DNA of 64,000 nucleotides from an uncultured Gammaproteobacteria bacterium. Its GTDB lineage: Bacteria; Patescibacteriota; Microgenomatia; UBA12405. Of the stretch, positions 29,721 through 40,248 are shown piece after piece. The stretch lies in assembly GCA_964538765.1 (NCBI GenBank), contig CAZIHS010000002.1, positions 1,327 through 65,326 of the forward strand, read 5' to 3'. Within the stretch, counting starts at the first letter, position 1, and each line of letters opens with the position of its first letter. A program made the translations under genes and the position numbers. The notes under the pieces are model-generated. The model was not told the DNA's origin, ran no database searches, and worked only from the letters and a program-made list of their open reading frames with translations.

Positions 29721-30656
29721 ATGTTAAAGAAATCAACAATTTCGGCAGTTATCAATGTTCACAACGAGGCCGAATATTTGGAAAAATGCCTAAAATCAAT
29801 AAAAGGCTTTGTTGATGAAATTTTTGTTGTCGACATGGAATCAACCGACAATAGCGCCGAAATCGCCGCTTCCTTTGGCGCCAAAATATATTCGCACAAG
29901 CACCTCAAAGTAGTCGAACCGGCCAGAAATTTTGGTATCTCCAAAGTAACCAGTAAGTGGGTCCTTCTCCTTGATCCGGATGAATATCTAAACAAGACCC
30001 TTAAAAAAGAATTAAAAAAAATTACTAAAAGAACCGATATCGACTATGTCAAAATTCCAAGAAAAAACATTATTTTTGGCAAATGGCTGCGATATTCAAA
30101 CACCTGGCCGGACTACCTGATCCGCTTCTTTAAAAAAGGAGCGGTTGTTTGGAAAAAAGAAATTCACAGCCAACCTGAAGCTAAAGGCAATGGATACACT
30201 CTATTAGATGTTGAAAAGCTGGCAATCCGTCACCTAAATTATCCAACTGTCACCCAGTTTATTACCCGAGCTCTCCGATATAGCAGTGTCCAGGCCGTAG
30301 AATTAAAAAACTCAGACTATAGACTTAAAACCAGCGACTTTTTTTTAAAACCTGTTCAGGAGTTTAACAGCAGATTTTTTAAAAGCGGCGGTTACAAAGA
30401 CGGATACCATGGCCTTATCTTTTGCCTTTTGCAGGCATTTGCAGTTGGGCTGGTTTACATCAGACTTTGGGAAAAAACCGGCTCTCAGGACAAACCTCTC
30501 ATAAAAGAATCCCTGGTTTCGGCCAGTCAAGAGGCCACTTATGAATACGATCACTGGTTTAGTCAATTTTTCCAAAAAGAATATTCGCCAAATATTTTTA
30601 AAAAACTAATTGTTAAGATACGCCATTTTCTATTTAGGTTGACAAAAAATTTTTAA
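29721..30656 (+). CDS. GT2 glycosyltransferase (WaaE/KdtX-like)
   Basis: HNEA, VDMESTD, ARNFG, LDPDE, WPDY..RFF. Confidence 0.88.
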   Translation: MLKKSTISAVINVHNEAEYLEKCLKSIKGFVDEIFVVDMESTDNSAEIAASFGAKIYSHKHLKVVEPARNFGISKVTSKWVLLLDPDEYLNKTLKKELKKITKRTDIDYVKIPRKNIIFGKWLRYSNTWPDYLIRFFKKGAVVWKKEIHSQPEAKGNGYTLLDVEKLAIRHLNYPTVTQFITRALRYSSVQAVELKNSDYRLKTSDFFLKPVQEFNSRFFKSGGYKDGYHGLIFCLLQAFAVGLVYIRLWEKTGSQDKPLIKESLVSASQEATYEYDHWFSQFFQKEYSPNIFKKLIVKIRHFLFRLTKNF

Positions 30657-30657
30657 G

Positions 30658-31575
30658 ATGAACTCGGTGGCCATCATCATCGTCAACTGGAATCAACCGG
30701 CTCTTACCCTTAAAACTCTAGACTCACTTTTCAATATTGATTACCCGGACTATAAAATTTTTCTAGTCGACAACCATTCCGGCGACAATTCTTATAAAAC
30801 CTTTACAAAGGCTCTCAATAATAATCAGAAAGTAGATATAATAAGCTCGCCGACCAATTCTGGCTACGTTGGTGGCAACAACCTTGGTCTTTCTATTGCC
30901 GATCAACAAGGTTTTGAATACTTCCTGCTTCTCAATAATGATGTCCTGGTCAAAAAAGACTTTCTAACTCATCTTGTAAACGAGGCCAAAAGGTCACCGA
31001 CGGTTGGAATTTTAGGTCCAAAAATCTATTTTGCCCCCGGCCACGAGTTTCATTCCGGCTACCATAAAAATGAAATTGGAAAAGTCATTTGGTCAGCTGG
31101 AGGACAAATGGATTGGCGCAATATCCTTGGAAGCAACCGCGGAGTAGATGAAGTTGACCGGGGTCAATATGACCAGTCAACCTCCAAATTAGATTTTCTC
31201 ACCGGCTGCTGCCTTCTTATCAAAAAAAGCCTTTATCAAAAAATAGGTGGGCTTGACCAAAAATATTTTATGTATCTTGAAGATTTTGATTATTGTCAAA
31301 GAGCAAAAAGAGCCGGTTACCGTCTTTTATACGTCCCGAAATCAGTTATCTGGCATATTAATTCGGGATCATCAAGAAGCGGAGGATCATTGCATGACTA
31401 TTTTATTATCCGAAACCGTCTTCTCACGGGTACTCGGTACGCATCGCTCCGGACTAAAATTGCACTTTATCGGGAATCAGTTCAATTTCTTTTCCAATCA
31501 AATATTTGGAAAAGAAAAGCGGTTATTGATTTTTACCTAGGTCGCCTCGGCCGCGGTTCATGGCCCAAAATATAA
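30658..31575 (+). CDS. GT2 glycosyltransferase (WbbL/rhamnosyltransferase-like)
   Basis: IIVNWN, VDNHS, NSGYVGGNN, LLNND, GCCLLI, YFMYLED.D. Confidence 0.88.
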   Translation: MNSVAIIIVNWNQPALTLKTLDSLFNIDYPDYKIFLVDNHSGDNSYKTFTKALNNNQKVDIISSPTNSGYVGGNNLGLSIADQQGFEYFLLLNNDVLVKKDFLTHLVNEAKRSPTVGILGPKIYFAPGHEFHSGYHKNEIGKVIWSAGGQMDWRNILGSNRGVDEVDRGQYDQSTSKLDFLTGCCLLIKKSLYQKIGGLDQKYFMYLEDFDYCQRAKRAGYRLLYVPKSVIWHINSGSSRSGGSLHDYFIIRNRLLTGTRYASLRTKIALYRESVQFLFQSNIWKRKAVIDFYLGRLGRGSWPKI

Positions 31576-32366
31576 AAAGACCATCACTGACGATAATAAT
31601 TATCGCCGCCAACGAACAGGATGTTATATCAAACTGTCTAAAAACGGCCCATTTCGCCGACCAAATCTTGCTGGTTAGTTCTAACTGTACCGATAATACA
31701 ATTTCTATCGCCAAAAAAACAAATCCCTCTGTTCAAGTTGTTGTCCTCGATAGCCAAAAAGACACCAGCTTTTCCTACCGGCGGACAAAATCTCTTGAAT
31801 ACGCCAACTCCCAGTGGATTCTATACCTTGACGCCGACGAAAGAATTACCCAAAAATTGCAAAAAGAGATAGTCACCGTAATTTCCAAAAAACCAGATAA
31901 AAACAGACCATCCTGGTACGTTATTCCCCGGGCCAACTATCATCTGGGAAAACGGGTTAGATATGGCGGCACGTATCCCGATTTTGTAAAGCGGCTGTTC
32001 TGGAACGAAAATATCAAAGGCTGGCGGGGAGATGTCCACGAAGAACCAGTTGTTGAGGGTAAAATGGGAATTTTAAAAAATGACCTTCTACATTTTACGC
32101 ATCGGCAACTGTCCACCATGGTCGACAAAACCATTAGATGGACCAAGCATGAGTCAGACCTTTTATATTCAAGCCAACACCCTCCGGTTTACTGGTGGCG
32201 GTTTCCGCGGATGATGTTTACTACCCTTTATCATCGGCTGATAAAACAACAAATTTGGCGCGACGGCATAGTCGGCTGGATATCAGTTATTTTTGAAATG
32301 TACAATACATTTATTATCTACGCCCGGCTATGGGAACAACAACATGAAAAACGCCGCCATCTATGA
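31560..32366 (+). CDS. GT2 glycosyltransferase (WaaE/KdtX-like)
   Basis: ANEQ, LDADER, YPDFVKRLF, VHEE, LLHF. Confidence 0.88.
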   Translation: MAQNIKRPSLTIIIIAANEQDVISNCLKTAHFADQILLVSSNCTDNTISIAKKTNPSVQVVVLDSQKDTSFSYRRTKSLEYANSQWILYLDADERITQKLQKEIVTVISKKPDKNRPSWYVIPRANYHLGKRVRYGGTYPDFVKRLFWNENIKGWRGDVHEEPVVEGKMGILKNDLLHFTHRQLSTMVDKTIRWTKHESDLLYSSQHPPVYWWRFPRMMFTTLYHRLIKQQIWRDGIVGWISVIFEMYNTFIIYARLWEQQHEKRRHL

Positions 32367-33423
32367 TCCATATCTCGACACGCTTGGAGGAGGGGAGAGA
32401 TACTGCCTGACATTGGCCGAGTTCCTGGCTGACAACCACTTCCTGGTTGATATCCTCTTTCAGCCGCATAGCCAGCTTCTTGGCCTGGCTTCAAACCGCT
32501 TTTCACTTAACCTAAACCGTCCCGAAATTCGTATTAAATCACCACTTCCCTTGCACAACATTGTCAGCCGATATCAGCTTTTATCAAAATACGATTTCTG
32601 TTTCTACATATCAGACGGTAGTATTCCTTCTTTATTTTCAGCTAAAAACATTCTCCATTTTCAGGTTCCGTTCATAGCTTCCAATAATTCGTTTAAAAAA
32701 ATATTAAACTCGCTGAAACTAAAGCTGATTAGTGCTGTAGTTTGCAATTCAAATTTTACTGCCGGAGTAATTCAGCGCCAATATCATTACCGCCCAACCG
32801 TTATCTATCCGCCAGTAGATATCAATAAATTTAAATATCAACCAGATCTAAAGGAAAAAATGATTTTGGCTGTTGGCAGATTTGACAATGTTCTAAATGC
32901 CAAACGTCAGGATGTTTTAATAGAGGCATTTTCTCAATTCTACGCCAAAAATCCTAAATGGCGCCTTGTCTTGGCTGGAGGTAGCCTTGAAAAGGAAAAA
33001 AACAATTCTTACTTGAATCAATTAAAGAATCATTCCAAAAACCTGCCGGTAACCTATTTTGTTAATCCTTCATTTGACTCGATCAAAGATCTATATCAAA
33101 GATCGACCCTGTTTTGGCACGCCGCTGGTTACCAGATAAATCAACTGCTTGAACCGCATAAAACCGAGCACTTTGGCATGTCTACAGTCGAGGCAATGGC
33201 CTCGGGTTCAATCCCCCTTGTCTACGGTGCCGGAGGTCTTCCGGAAATCATAAACCACCAAAAAAACGGTTATTTATGGAAAACAGTTGAAGAATTGTTG
33301 CTTTACTCCAATAAATCAGTTATTAGATCAAAACAGAATTTGAAAATAATTAACCAGGCACTAAAAGATTGCCAGCACTTTTCAAAAAATAGATTTAACC
33401 GTCAATTTTCCCATTTATTATGA
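32344..33423 (+). CDS. GT4 glycosyltransferase with ALG2/ALG11-like motifs
   Basis: PYLDTLGGGERY, NSNFT, VIYPPV, VGRF, EHFGMSTVEAMASG. ATG at 32344. Confidence 0.88.
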   Translation: MKNAAIYDPYLDTLGGGERYCLTLAEFLADNHFLVDILFQPHSQLLGLASNRFSLNLNRPEIRIKSPLPLHNIVSRYQLLSKYDFCFYISDGSIPSLFSAKNILHFQVPFIASNNSFKKILNSLKLKLISAVVCNSNFTAGVIQRQYHYRPTVIYPPVDINKFKYQPDLKEKMILAVGRFDNVLNAKRQDVLIEAFSQFYAKNPKWRLVLAGGSLEKEKNNSYLNQLKNHSKNLPVTYFVNPSFDSIKDLYQRSTLFWHAAGYQINQLLEPHKTEHFGMSTVEAMASGSIPLVYGAGGLPEIINHQKNGYLWKTVEELLLYSNKSVIRSKQNLKIINQALKDCQHFSKNRFNRQFSHLL

Positions 33424-34304
33424 CAAATTTAAATATTTCAGTCATTGTTACCAACTTTAACACTGTCAATTTGCTTTCCCGATACCTAGAAGAGGTAATT
33501 ATCCGCTCCGAAATTGCCAATGAAATTATTTTGTCGGACGACGCCTCAACCGACGGCAGCGTTAGTTACGCCACTGAATTGTCAAAAAAGCACCCAAAGT
33601 TAAAAGTAATAAAAAATAAACAAAATATTGGCTTTGCAAAAAACTCAAATAATGCAGTAAAGCATTCTAAAGGAGACTTCGTTGTTCTTTTAAACAGCGA
33701 TATTAGACCACATCCCAACTATATTGAAAACAGTTTGTCCCACTTTAATAATTCAAACAACATTTTTGGCGTTAGTTTTGCCGAAAAAGGACATGAAAAC
33801 TGGGCCAAAATATTTTGGAAAAACGGTTATATTCAACACCTGCCAGGACTTGAGGTTGACTTGCCTCATATTACCGGTTGGCTTTCAGGAGGCAGCTCAA
33901 TAATTAATAAAAATTATTTTACCAGCCTTGGGGGCTTTGATGCGGTTTATGAACCTTTTTATTCAGAAGACCTTGACCTAGGATACCGTGCCTGGAAGTC
34001 GGGTTACCGGCTTTTATGGACTCCCTCGTCCGTAGTCGAACACCGTCACGAGTCGACAACATCCAAATTCCCCAAGCGTTTTTCTGATTATGTTAAGGAA
34101 CGAAATCGTCTCTTAAATGTTTGGAGGAACATATCCGACCCTTCCTACATTTTCCAAAATAAACTCGCTCTAATCGGCAGGGTCGCCTTTGGCCCAAATT
34201 ACCTGAAAATTATTCTTGCTGCTAAACGGCAAATGAAACGTTATCCTCCACCTTTGGTCTTTCCAAAAATTACCGACCGCCAAATATTTGAAAAATTTTT
34301 ATGA
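33420..34304 (+). CDS. GT2 glycosyltransferase
   Basis: DDASTD, GFAKNSN, LLNSD, GGFD..Y..FYSED.D. Confidence 0.88.
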   Translation: MTNLNISVIVTNFNTVNLLSRYLEEVIIRSEIANEIILSDDASTDGSVSYATELSKKHPKLKVIKNKQNIGFAKNSNNAVKHSKGDFVVLLNSDIRPHPNYIENSLSHFNNSNNIFGVSFAEKGHENWAKIFWKNGYIQHLPGLEVDLPHITGWLSGGSSIINKNYFTSLGGFDAVYEPFYSEDLDLGYRAWKSGYRLLWTPSSVVEHRHESTTSKFPKRFSDYVKERNRLLNVWRNISDPSYIFQNKLALIGRVAFGPNYLKIILAAKRQMKRYPPPLVFPKITDRQIFEKFL

Positions 34305-35107
34305 AAAAGCCCTTGCTTTCTATAATAATCGTAACCTGGAACACTGCCGCAACTACAAAGAAATGCATTGATTCGATAATTGAACATACTAAAAACATTC
34401 AACTTCCCCAAATAATTGTTGTTGACAATAATTCAACCGACAACACCCCCGATATTATCTCAAATCTGCCCAAAGTCGACTATCTCAGGCTACCAAAAAA
34501 TTTCGGGTATGCAACTGCCTGCAACCGTGGGGCCAACCTGTCTAAGGCAGATCACCTCCTGTTTCTTAATTCAGATATGGAAATGATTGACTCAACGGTT
34601 TTCAACATGCTGTCATATTTTCAAAAACATCCTACCTGTGGACTTATTGGCCCGGCTTTTCTAAACCCCGACAAATCCCGGCAAGGCTCGGTTCTCCCTC
34701 CCCAAACTCTCGCAAACGCCTTCAGACAGTTTTATTTAAACCAGCCTGTCTATTTAAAATTTTCTCCAAAAGGCAATTCCCCCAAAAAGGTTTGGGCAAT
34801 TTCAGGAGGAGCCATCCTGACCTCTACCAAAATATTTTCTCGTCTTGGTGGTTGGGACGAGAGATATCATATGTATTACGAAGATCTTGAATTATGTCGT
34901 CAGGCCAGAAAAAAACAACTCGATATTGTCTATTTTCCTCGCTGCCGGTTTATCCATCGTCACGGCGTTAGTGGATCAAAGCTTGCCGACAACGCCAATC
35001 AGTGGCGGCGGCTTATTAAAAGCAGTCTTATTTACCATGGAACTATATACCATCATCTAATTAACCTAATCATTTATACAGGTCAAAAGTGGCAAAACCT
35101 AAAATAG
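34301..35107 (+). CDS. GT2 glycosyltransferase (WbbL-like)
   Basis: IIVTWN, VDNNSTD, FLNSD, GGWDERYHMYYED. Confidence 0.88.
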   Translation: MKKPLLSIIIVTWNTAATTKKCIDSIIEHTKNIQLPQIIVVDNNSTDNTPDIISNLPKVDYLRLPKNFGYATACNRGANLSKADHLLFLNSDMEMIDSTVFNMLSYFQKHPTCGLIGPAFLNPDKSRQGSVLPPQTLANAFRQFYLNQPVYLKFSPKGNSPKKVWAISGGAILTSTKIFSRLGGWDERYHMYYEDLELCRQARKKQLDIVYFPRCRFIHRHGVSGSKLADNANQWRRLIKSSLIYHGTIYHHLINLIIYTGQKWQNLK

Positions 35108-36279
35108 CCTCACTTGGTAAACTCGCCCTTTTATCATTACTGATAAAGCTATTACTGATTCCGTGGTTTTATCACCCCGACCTAAAAAGCCAGCATTTTC
35201 ATTTCCAGTACCTAAGTCAGGGAATAGTTAATATTTATAGTTATCTCCAAGAGAATAGGTTAAATCTACCCAACAAAGACACCTTTAACTATCTTCCTTT
35301 AACCTATTTCACCTTTGGGTTTACCCACTCGCTTACCCGGCTTGTCGCACCTTCCGATTTTACTATTTGGGTAAACGATTGGGGTCCAGATCAAAATAAA
35401 TATCCCAATCTGCCAATATTTATTTTGCTACTGAAAATACCCTACGTTATTGCTGATTTCGCCATCGCTTATATCCTATTCAGGATATCGAGATCAAAAA
35501 TTCTTAGTCTTCTGTGGCTATTTAATCCTTTTGTATTTTATCTTATATACATTTTGGGCAATTTTGACATAGTTCCGGCTGCCCTTGTTCTACTCTCGTA
35601 TTTTCTTCTGACAAATAATAAATACCACCTTTCGGCACTAACCCTGGGTATTTCAGTAGCCATAAAGTTCTATCCCCTTCTGTTTTTTCCATTTTTCCTG
35701 CTATCACTAAAGTCTTCCTATAAAAACATGATTATCTACCTGCTATATTTTCTAATCGTACCCATAGTATCGACTTTGCCGTTCTTGGGCGATAAATATT
35801 TACTATCGTCCTTTATCGGTTCGGGATTAACCCAAAAACTTTTTCAACTTACTGTTTTCTACATACCATTGTTTCCGGCTGTTTATATTTTCCTTCTTGT
35901 CCGATATCTAATAAACCGGCAGACGCTTATAAAATCACTTTGCTTTCTATTTTTACTCTTTGTCTCAACCGTTTCATTCCATCCTCAATGGCTTATCTGG
36001 TTTCTACCCTTTCTTTTTATATGGCCCAACCGTCAAAACCAAACCTCAATCATTATATTCTCATTCCTGACGGTTTTGCTGGTTATTTTCATATTGTTGT
36101 TTGATGACCAGTATTTATCGTGGGGTCATTTAATTCCCCTCAACCTTCAATTTGCCACGCTAACAACTCCCTACAATTTTCTCCGTTACCGGTTATATTT
36201 AAATCCACAAACCATCCAAAACCAGATTAAAGTGCTTTTGGCCGCAATTTCCCTAATTATATTTCTAAAGAATAAATAG
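35089..36279 (+). CDS. GT-C fold protein, GT87/PIG-M-like
   Basis: HPD, FNYLP, KIPYVIAD, WLFNP, GNFD, AIKFYP, HPQW. Confidence 0.72.
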   Translation: MAKPKIASLGKLALLSLLIKLLLIPWFYHPDLKSQHFHFQYLSQGIVNIYSYLQENRLNLPNKDTFNYLPLTYFTFGFTHSLTRLVAPSDFTIWVNDWGPDQNKYPNLPIFILLLKIPYVIADFAIAYILFRISRSKILSLLWLFNPFVFYLIYILGNFDIVPAALVLLSYFLLTNNKYHLSALTLGISVAIKFYPLLFFPFFLLSLKSSYKNMIIYLLYFLIVPIVSTLPFLGDKYLLSSFIGSGLTQKLFQLTVFYIPLFPAVYIFLLVRYLINRQTLIKSLCFLFLLFVSTVSFHPQWLIWFLPFLFIWPNRQNQTSIIIFSFLTVLLVIFILLFDDQYLSWGHLIPLNLQFATLTTPYNFLRYRLYLNPQTIQNQIKVLLAAISLIIFLKNK

Positions 36280-36879
36280 ATGCTAAAAAAATTGGTTGCC
36301 GTTAACCTGTCACTTCTTATAATAATGGTGTTTTTACTGGTCATTATCCCCTCGGCTGTTATCACTAGATATCCAGGCCCGTCAAACCTTATTGGGGAAA
36401 CGATCCTGCCGCTCACTTCATCGTCCCCTCTGGTAATAAATATTGACCCGCCCAAATATCTAAATTCAATTAGTGTATTTTTAAAAAATCCACTAATTCA
36501 AGACAACCATTACATCTATTTTCAGTTAATTCAAAACGGGTTGACAATCAGAAACCTTGTTTTTAACGGCCAGAACGTCGGCGATCCCAGCTGGCTTACG
36601 GCCAAATTCGAGCCGTTATCGGCCCAGCAACCAATAACCATAACGTTTACCACCGAAAACAAAAACGACCAATCTCTTTACTACTATTCAGGTCCCGATT
36701 ATCTCCCCCTATATTCCAGCACCTTCCAAATTCCTAGCTTTAAAGACAGGTTAATCTACCAAACAAAGTTAAAACAAAACCAACTTTTGGCCCTTAACAA
36801 ACAATTTCTATTTGCCTATCTGTTTTTATTATCAATCATCGAGTACCTGTTATTAAAAAATGATCGTAAGACATATTAA
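36280..36879 (+). CDS. Hypothetical protein, beta-rich external domain between two TM helices
   Basis: N- and C-terminal hydrophobic helices; tightly packed between two GT-C genes. Confidence 0.6.
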   Translation: MLKKLVAVNLSLLIIMVFLLVIIPSAVITRYPGPSNLIGETILPLTSSSPLVINIDPPKYLNSISVFLKNPLIQDNHYIYFQLIQNGLTIRNLVFNGQNVGDPSWLTAKFEPLSAQQPITITFTTENKNDQSLYYYSGPDYLPLYSSTFQIPSFKDRLIYQTKLKQNQLLALNKQFLFAYLFLLSIIEYLLLKNDRKTY

Positions 36880-38584
36880 AAACCACCTGCTACTAGTAAT
36901 CATCGCCCTGTCTGTATTTATGCGTTATATCTATCTTGACCGCTTTCCAACGGGCATTACTAATGATGAGCTCCATTTTGTTCTAAATGCAAAAGCCGTT
37001 TTTTACCGTTTTAGCGATATGTCTTCAAGATGGTTTCCGCTTTCGTTTTCCACCATCCCCAACGAATCAAGCTCCGAGCTTACCTATATTTTACTCTCTC
37101 CATTTATAGGCCCTCTTCAAACCAACTTATTTACTGCCAGATTTCCATTTGCATTGGCTGGAACCATATCAGTATTGGTTATTTATTTATTAGTACTCCA
37201 AATAACCAAAAGCAAGACTATGTCAATTGCTTCCTCGTTTGTAGCCGCTATCAATCCGTGGTTTATCTATGTTAATCGCACCTCATTTGATGCTCCTGTT
37301 TCTCTTCTATTCTTTTTAATTTCAATACTGCTAATTCTACAAAAACGGGCCGTCTACACCTATGTTTCAATTATTTCTTTAACTTTGGCCTTCTACACCT
37401 ATATCGGATCAAAGGTTATATTTATTCCCTTTGTCCTGATTACTATATACTTTTCTCACCGTTTCCAGCCTACAAAATCAAAGGCCTCATCCATTATTGT
37501 CATCCTTTTTTCCTTTTTTCTTTTTTTTAATTTCGTCATAAAAACACTTCCTTCTGCTTCCCGCACTTCCGAGCTGTGGTTTCCCGGCTCTCAAGAAATT
37601 TCAAGCCAGGTAAAAATTGAAAAAAATCAGTCACTCCAAAATCCACTAAAACCAATTCTAACCAATAATTACACTATATATTTCCGAAACTTTATCACAA
37701 AATACTTAAATAGTTTTTCCTCCGACGTTCTTTTCACAACCGGGGATCATACATTTATGGTTTCGCTTTGGAAACATGGCTATTTTTATATTTTTGAAGC
37801 TCCGCTGCTAATCTTTGGCCTGTTATATGTGTATAACTATTATCGCCGATTATTTTGGTATTTAATTTCTATATTATTAATTTCCCCGCTTCCTGAAGCA
37901 TTTAGAAAAGACGTTATCCCGGCCTATGCGTTTCACAGCTTTCTCCAATATCCGTTTCTTGTAATAATTATCGCCAGTGGTATTTTATTTACTCTTAAAA
38001 CCTTAAAAAACACAACGTTCTCACGAGCATTTATAATTTCACTCTATATTTTTGGTGTAATAAATTTTGCGGACACATACTTTTTTAAGTATCCTGTTTA
38101 TCAGCCCGAAGGTTTTGGTTTCAGTCGGCGGCTCCTTTCACGTTTTCTATATTTTGAATCTTTTAGCCAAAAACCAATTGTTGTTTTCACCAAAGAGCCG
38201 GACACCCTTTTTAGAAGTTATCTTTTTTATAACAATCTCTATTTGAATTCTACGTTTGATCGGGTTAAATCTGTATACAGCCAAAACCGAGATCTGATAA
38301 AGTTTAACAATCTGACTTTTACCTCACAGGATCGCCAGCTCGAACCAACCACCCAAAGTGTTGTCGTTGTTGACCGGCAAGTAACCAACCGTCAATATTC
38401 GGCTCTTAAATTATCAATTAATCATCTTGGCGATAATCATGAGCTTTATTCATTTTTTAATGCTGCCACCTGCTCTGACGTTGTATTAGAGCCGTTTTCA
38501 CACAACTTAAACCTCTTTGATCTTTCTATCGAATCATTATCTAAAAAAGATTTTTGCCGGCTATATATAACCAAAACATTTTAA
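36860..38584 (+). CDS. GT-C fold glycosyltransferase, DE class
   Basis: TNDELHF, ARFP, INPW...NR, TGD. Confidence 0.8.
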   Translation: MIVRHIKNHLLLVIIALSVFMRYIYLDRFPTGITNDELHFVLNAKAVFYRFSDMSSRWFPLSFSTIPNESSSELTYILLSPFIGPLQTNLFTARFPFALAGTISVLVIYLLVLQITKSKTMSIASSFVAAINPWFIYVNRTSFDAPVSLLFFLISILLILQKRAVYTYVSIISLTLAFYTYIGSKVIFIPFVLITIYFSHRFQPTKSKASSIIVILFSFFLFFNFVIKTLPSASRTSELWFPGSQEISSQVKIEKNQSLQNPLKPILTNNYTIYFRNFITKYLNSFSSDVLFTTGDHTFMVSLWKHGYFYIFEAPLLIFGLLYVYNYYRRLFWYLISILLISPLPEAFRKDVIPAYAFHSFLQYPFLVIIIASGILFTLKTLKNTTFSRAFIISLYIFGVINFADTYFFKYPVYQPEGFGFSRRLLSRFLYFESFSQKPIVVFTKEPDTLFRSYLFYNNLYLNSTFDRVKSVYSQNRDLIKFNNLTFTSQDRQLEPTTQSVVVVDRQVTNRQYSALKLSINHLGDNHELYSFFNAATCSDVVLEPFSHNLNLFDLSIESLSKKDFCRLYITKTF

Positions 38585-40248
38585 TCCAACGTCACCAGCA
38601 TCCCCGAGTTGTATTTTGAGATAGCTGAAGGTAAATAATATAGTGTTGAATAAGGCACCGAATAAATTTCCTCTCTTGCCGTATTGTCCTGCATCCACAA
38701 AATTGTTTTACGAAGATACTTGTCTTCAACGTAGTTAATTTTTCTGAATTCAAATTTCCCAAAGTCAAAATCTAAGTTACCATCTTTTGACCCTATCAGC
38801 TCACGATAATTTGCCAGTTTCTGGATGTAAAAAGGATTATATCTTAAATAAAAAAGCATAAAAATATAATTTTGAGCCTGCGGAGAATCAATTATTACAC
38901 GATCATAGTTATTCAGTATGGGCATAATTATTTTCAATCCTTGTCTATATCCTCCAGGCTGAAACTCGCCATTATTTTCCCAAATCGAATAAACATATTC
39001 GCTGTTAACTACAAACGCCAACTGCCACAAAACAAACACGGTAAACAGGATTTTAATAATCAACCGTTTGTTCTCTAAAAAAGAAAATGTTGCCAGCACT
39101 ACAGCCAACTCAACTACCGGCACCATGTTTAAAGACCTTAAGTGATGAAACCAGTTCCAGGTTAACGCGGCAGGAAGAACACCTGCCAAAAACCAATAAA
39201 TCAAAAACCGAAACTTTTTTGTACCCAGCCTTTTTAGTACGTAAATAATGCCAGGCAGTAACATTATGTATTCCCAAAAACCCAGTAGTGAAAAATCAGG
39301 GGTATACTGCACTGACTTTCTAATCCAATGATACGCGGTTGAGCCAAAGTTAGCCACCGAGACGTAAGACAAAATATGTCCGGCCAGATACTCCATTAAG
39401 TAATAGGCCGGATTAATTCTTAGCCATTCCATCAATCCTTCCTTATACAATTCTTTAGGAGAAAAAGGGTAATATCTGCTAAATATATTTTCTTGTCTAA
39501 ACCTTTGCAGCGCACCGATAGATTTACCTGAGACCATCATTGGAGCTAAAACCAGCATTGTCAAAAAACATATCAAAAACAACCTTCTAAACAGGTCGCT
39601 GGATACAAAAAAACGTTTTTTAAGTTCAATAAAACGTCTCAACGGGTCTGTCGTTAAAAGCACCATCAAGACCGGAAAAGCCAATCTGGCCGAGTGGTAA
39701 CTATATGCCGCCCCGGCCATAAACAAAAACCCTGCCAAAAAGTTTAATTTTCGTTTGTTACCTAAAAACCATCTTAACAAAAAATACACTCCCCAGCTAA
39801 ATAAAGCCATTGAAACATTAGTTTCAAGCGCAATCCTTGAAAAATGGATTCGCCACGGCTCAAATGAAATCAATAGGCTAAATATAAATGAAACCATCGG
39901 CCTATTCGTAAATAAATTCAATATTAAAAAGAAAGCGACAATACTTAGCGAACCAAACACCGCCGAGGGCAATCTAACAGTTGACTGGTTTAACCCAAAA
40001 ATTTTAATAAACGGAATTGTGGTATAAGCGTAAAGAGCAGGCTTATAATCGTTAAAAGACCTGATATTTATTGGATACAAATTTCCCCATTCATCTTTAC
40101 CGTTGGTAGCAATTGAATAGGCGTTATAGCCAAGAGATGCCTCGTCCCAATTTAACGAATAAGGTGACTTATCTAACCACACCGATCTAAATATAAGCGA
40201 TACTAAGAACAACATTGTGGAAAATATCAATAAACCCGATTTAGTCAT
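38581..40248 (-). CDS. GT-C fold glycosyltransferase, DE class
   Basis: NWDEASLGYNAYSI, GKDEWG, SFNDYKP, VRLPSA, PWRIHFSR, YSYHSAR. Confidence 0.85.
   Translation of the reverse strand: MTKSGLLIFSTMLFLVSLIFRSVWLDKSPYSLNWDEASLGYNAYSIATNGKDEWGNLYPINIRSFNDYKPALYAYTTIPFIKIFGLNQSTVRLPSAVFGSLSIVAFFLILNLFTNRPMVSFIFSLLISFEPWRIHFSRIALETNVSMALFSWGVYFLLRWFLGNKRKLNFLAGFLFMAGAAYSYHSARLAFPVLMVLLTTDPLRRFIELKKRFFVSSDLFRRLFLICFLTMLVLAPMMVSGKSIGALQRFRQENIFSRYYPFSPKELYKEGLMEWLRINPAYYLMEYLAGHILSYVSVANFGSTAYHWIRKSVQYTPDFSLLGFWEYIMLLPGIIYVLKRLGTKKFRFLIYWFLAGVLPAALTWNWFHHLRSLNMVPVVELAVVLATFSFLENKRLIIKILFTVFVLWQLAFVVNSEYVYSIWENNGEFQPGGYRQGLKIIMPILNNYDRVIIDSPQAQNYIFMLFYLRYNPFYIQKLANYRELIGSKDGNLDFDFGKFEFRKINYVEDKYLRKTILWMQDNTAREEIYSVPYSTLYYLPSAISKYNSGMLVTLD

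Noticed and set aside
12263-32343. Long N-terminal extensions in the ORF track (12263, 17849, 21351, 24913, 26361, 32293)
   Set aside because: They overlap upstream genes and lack family features; downstream in-frame starts fit better.
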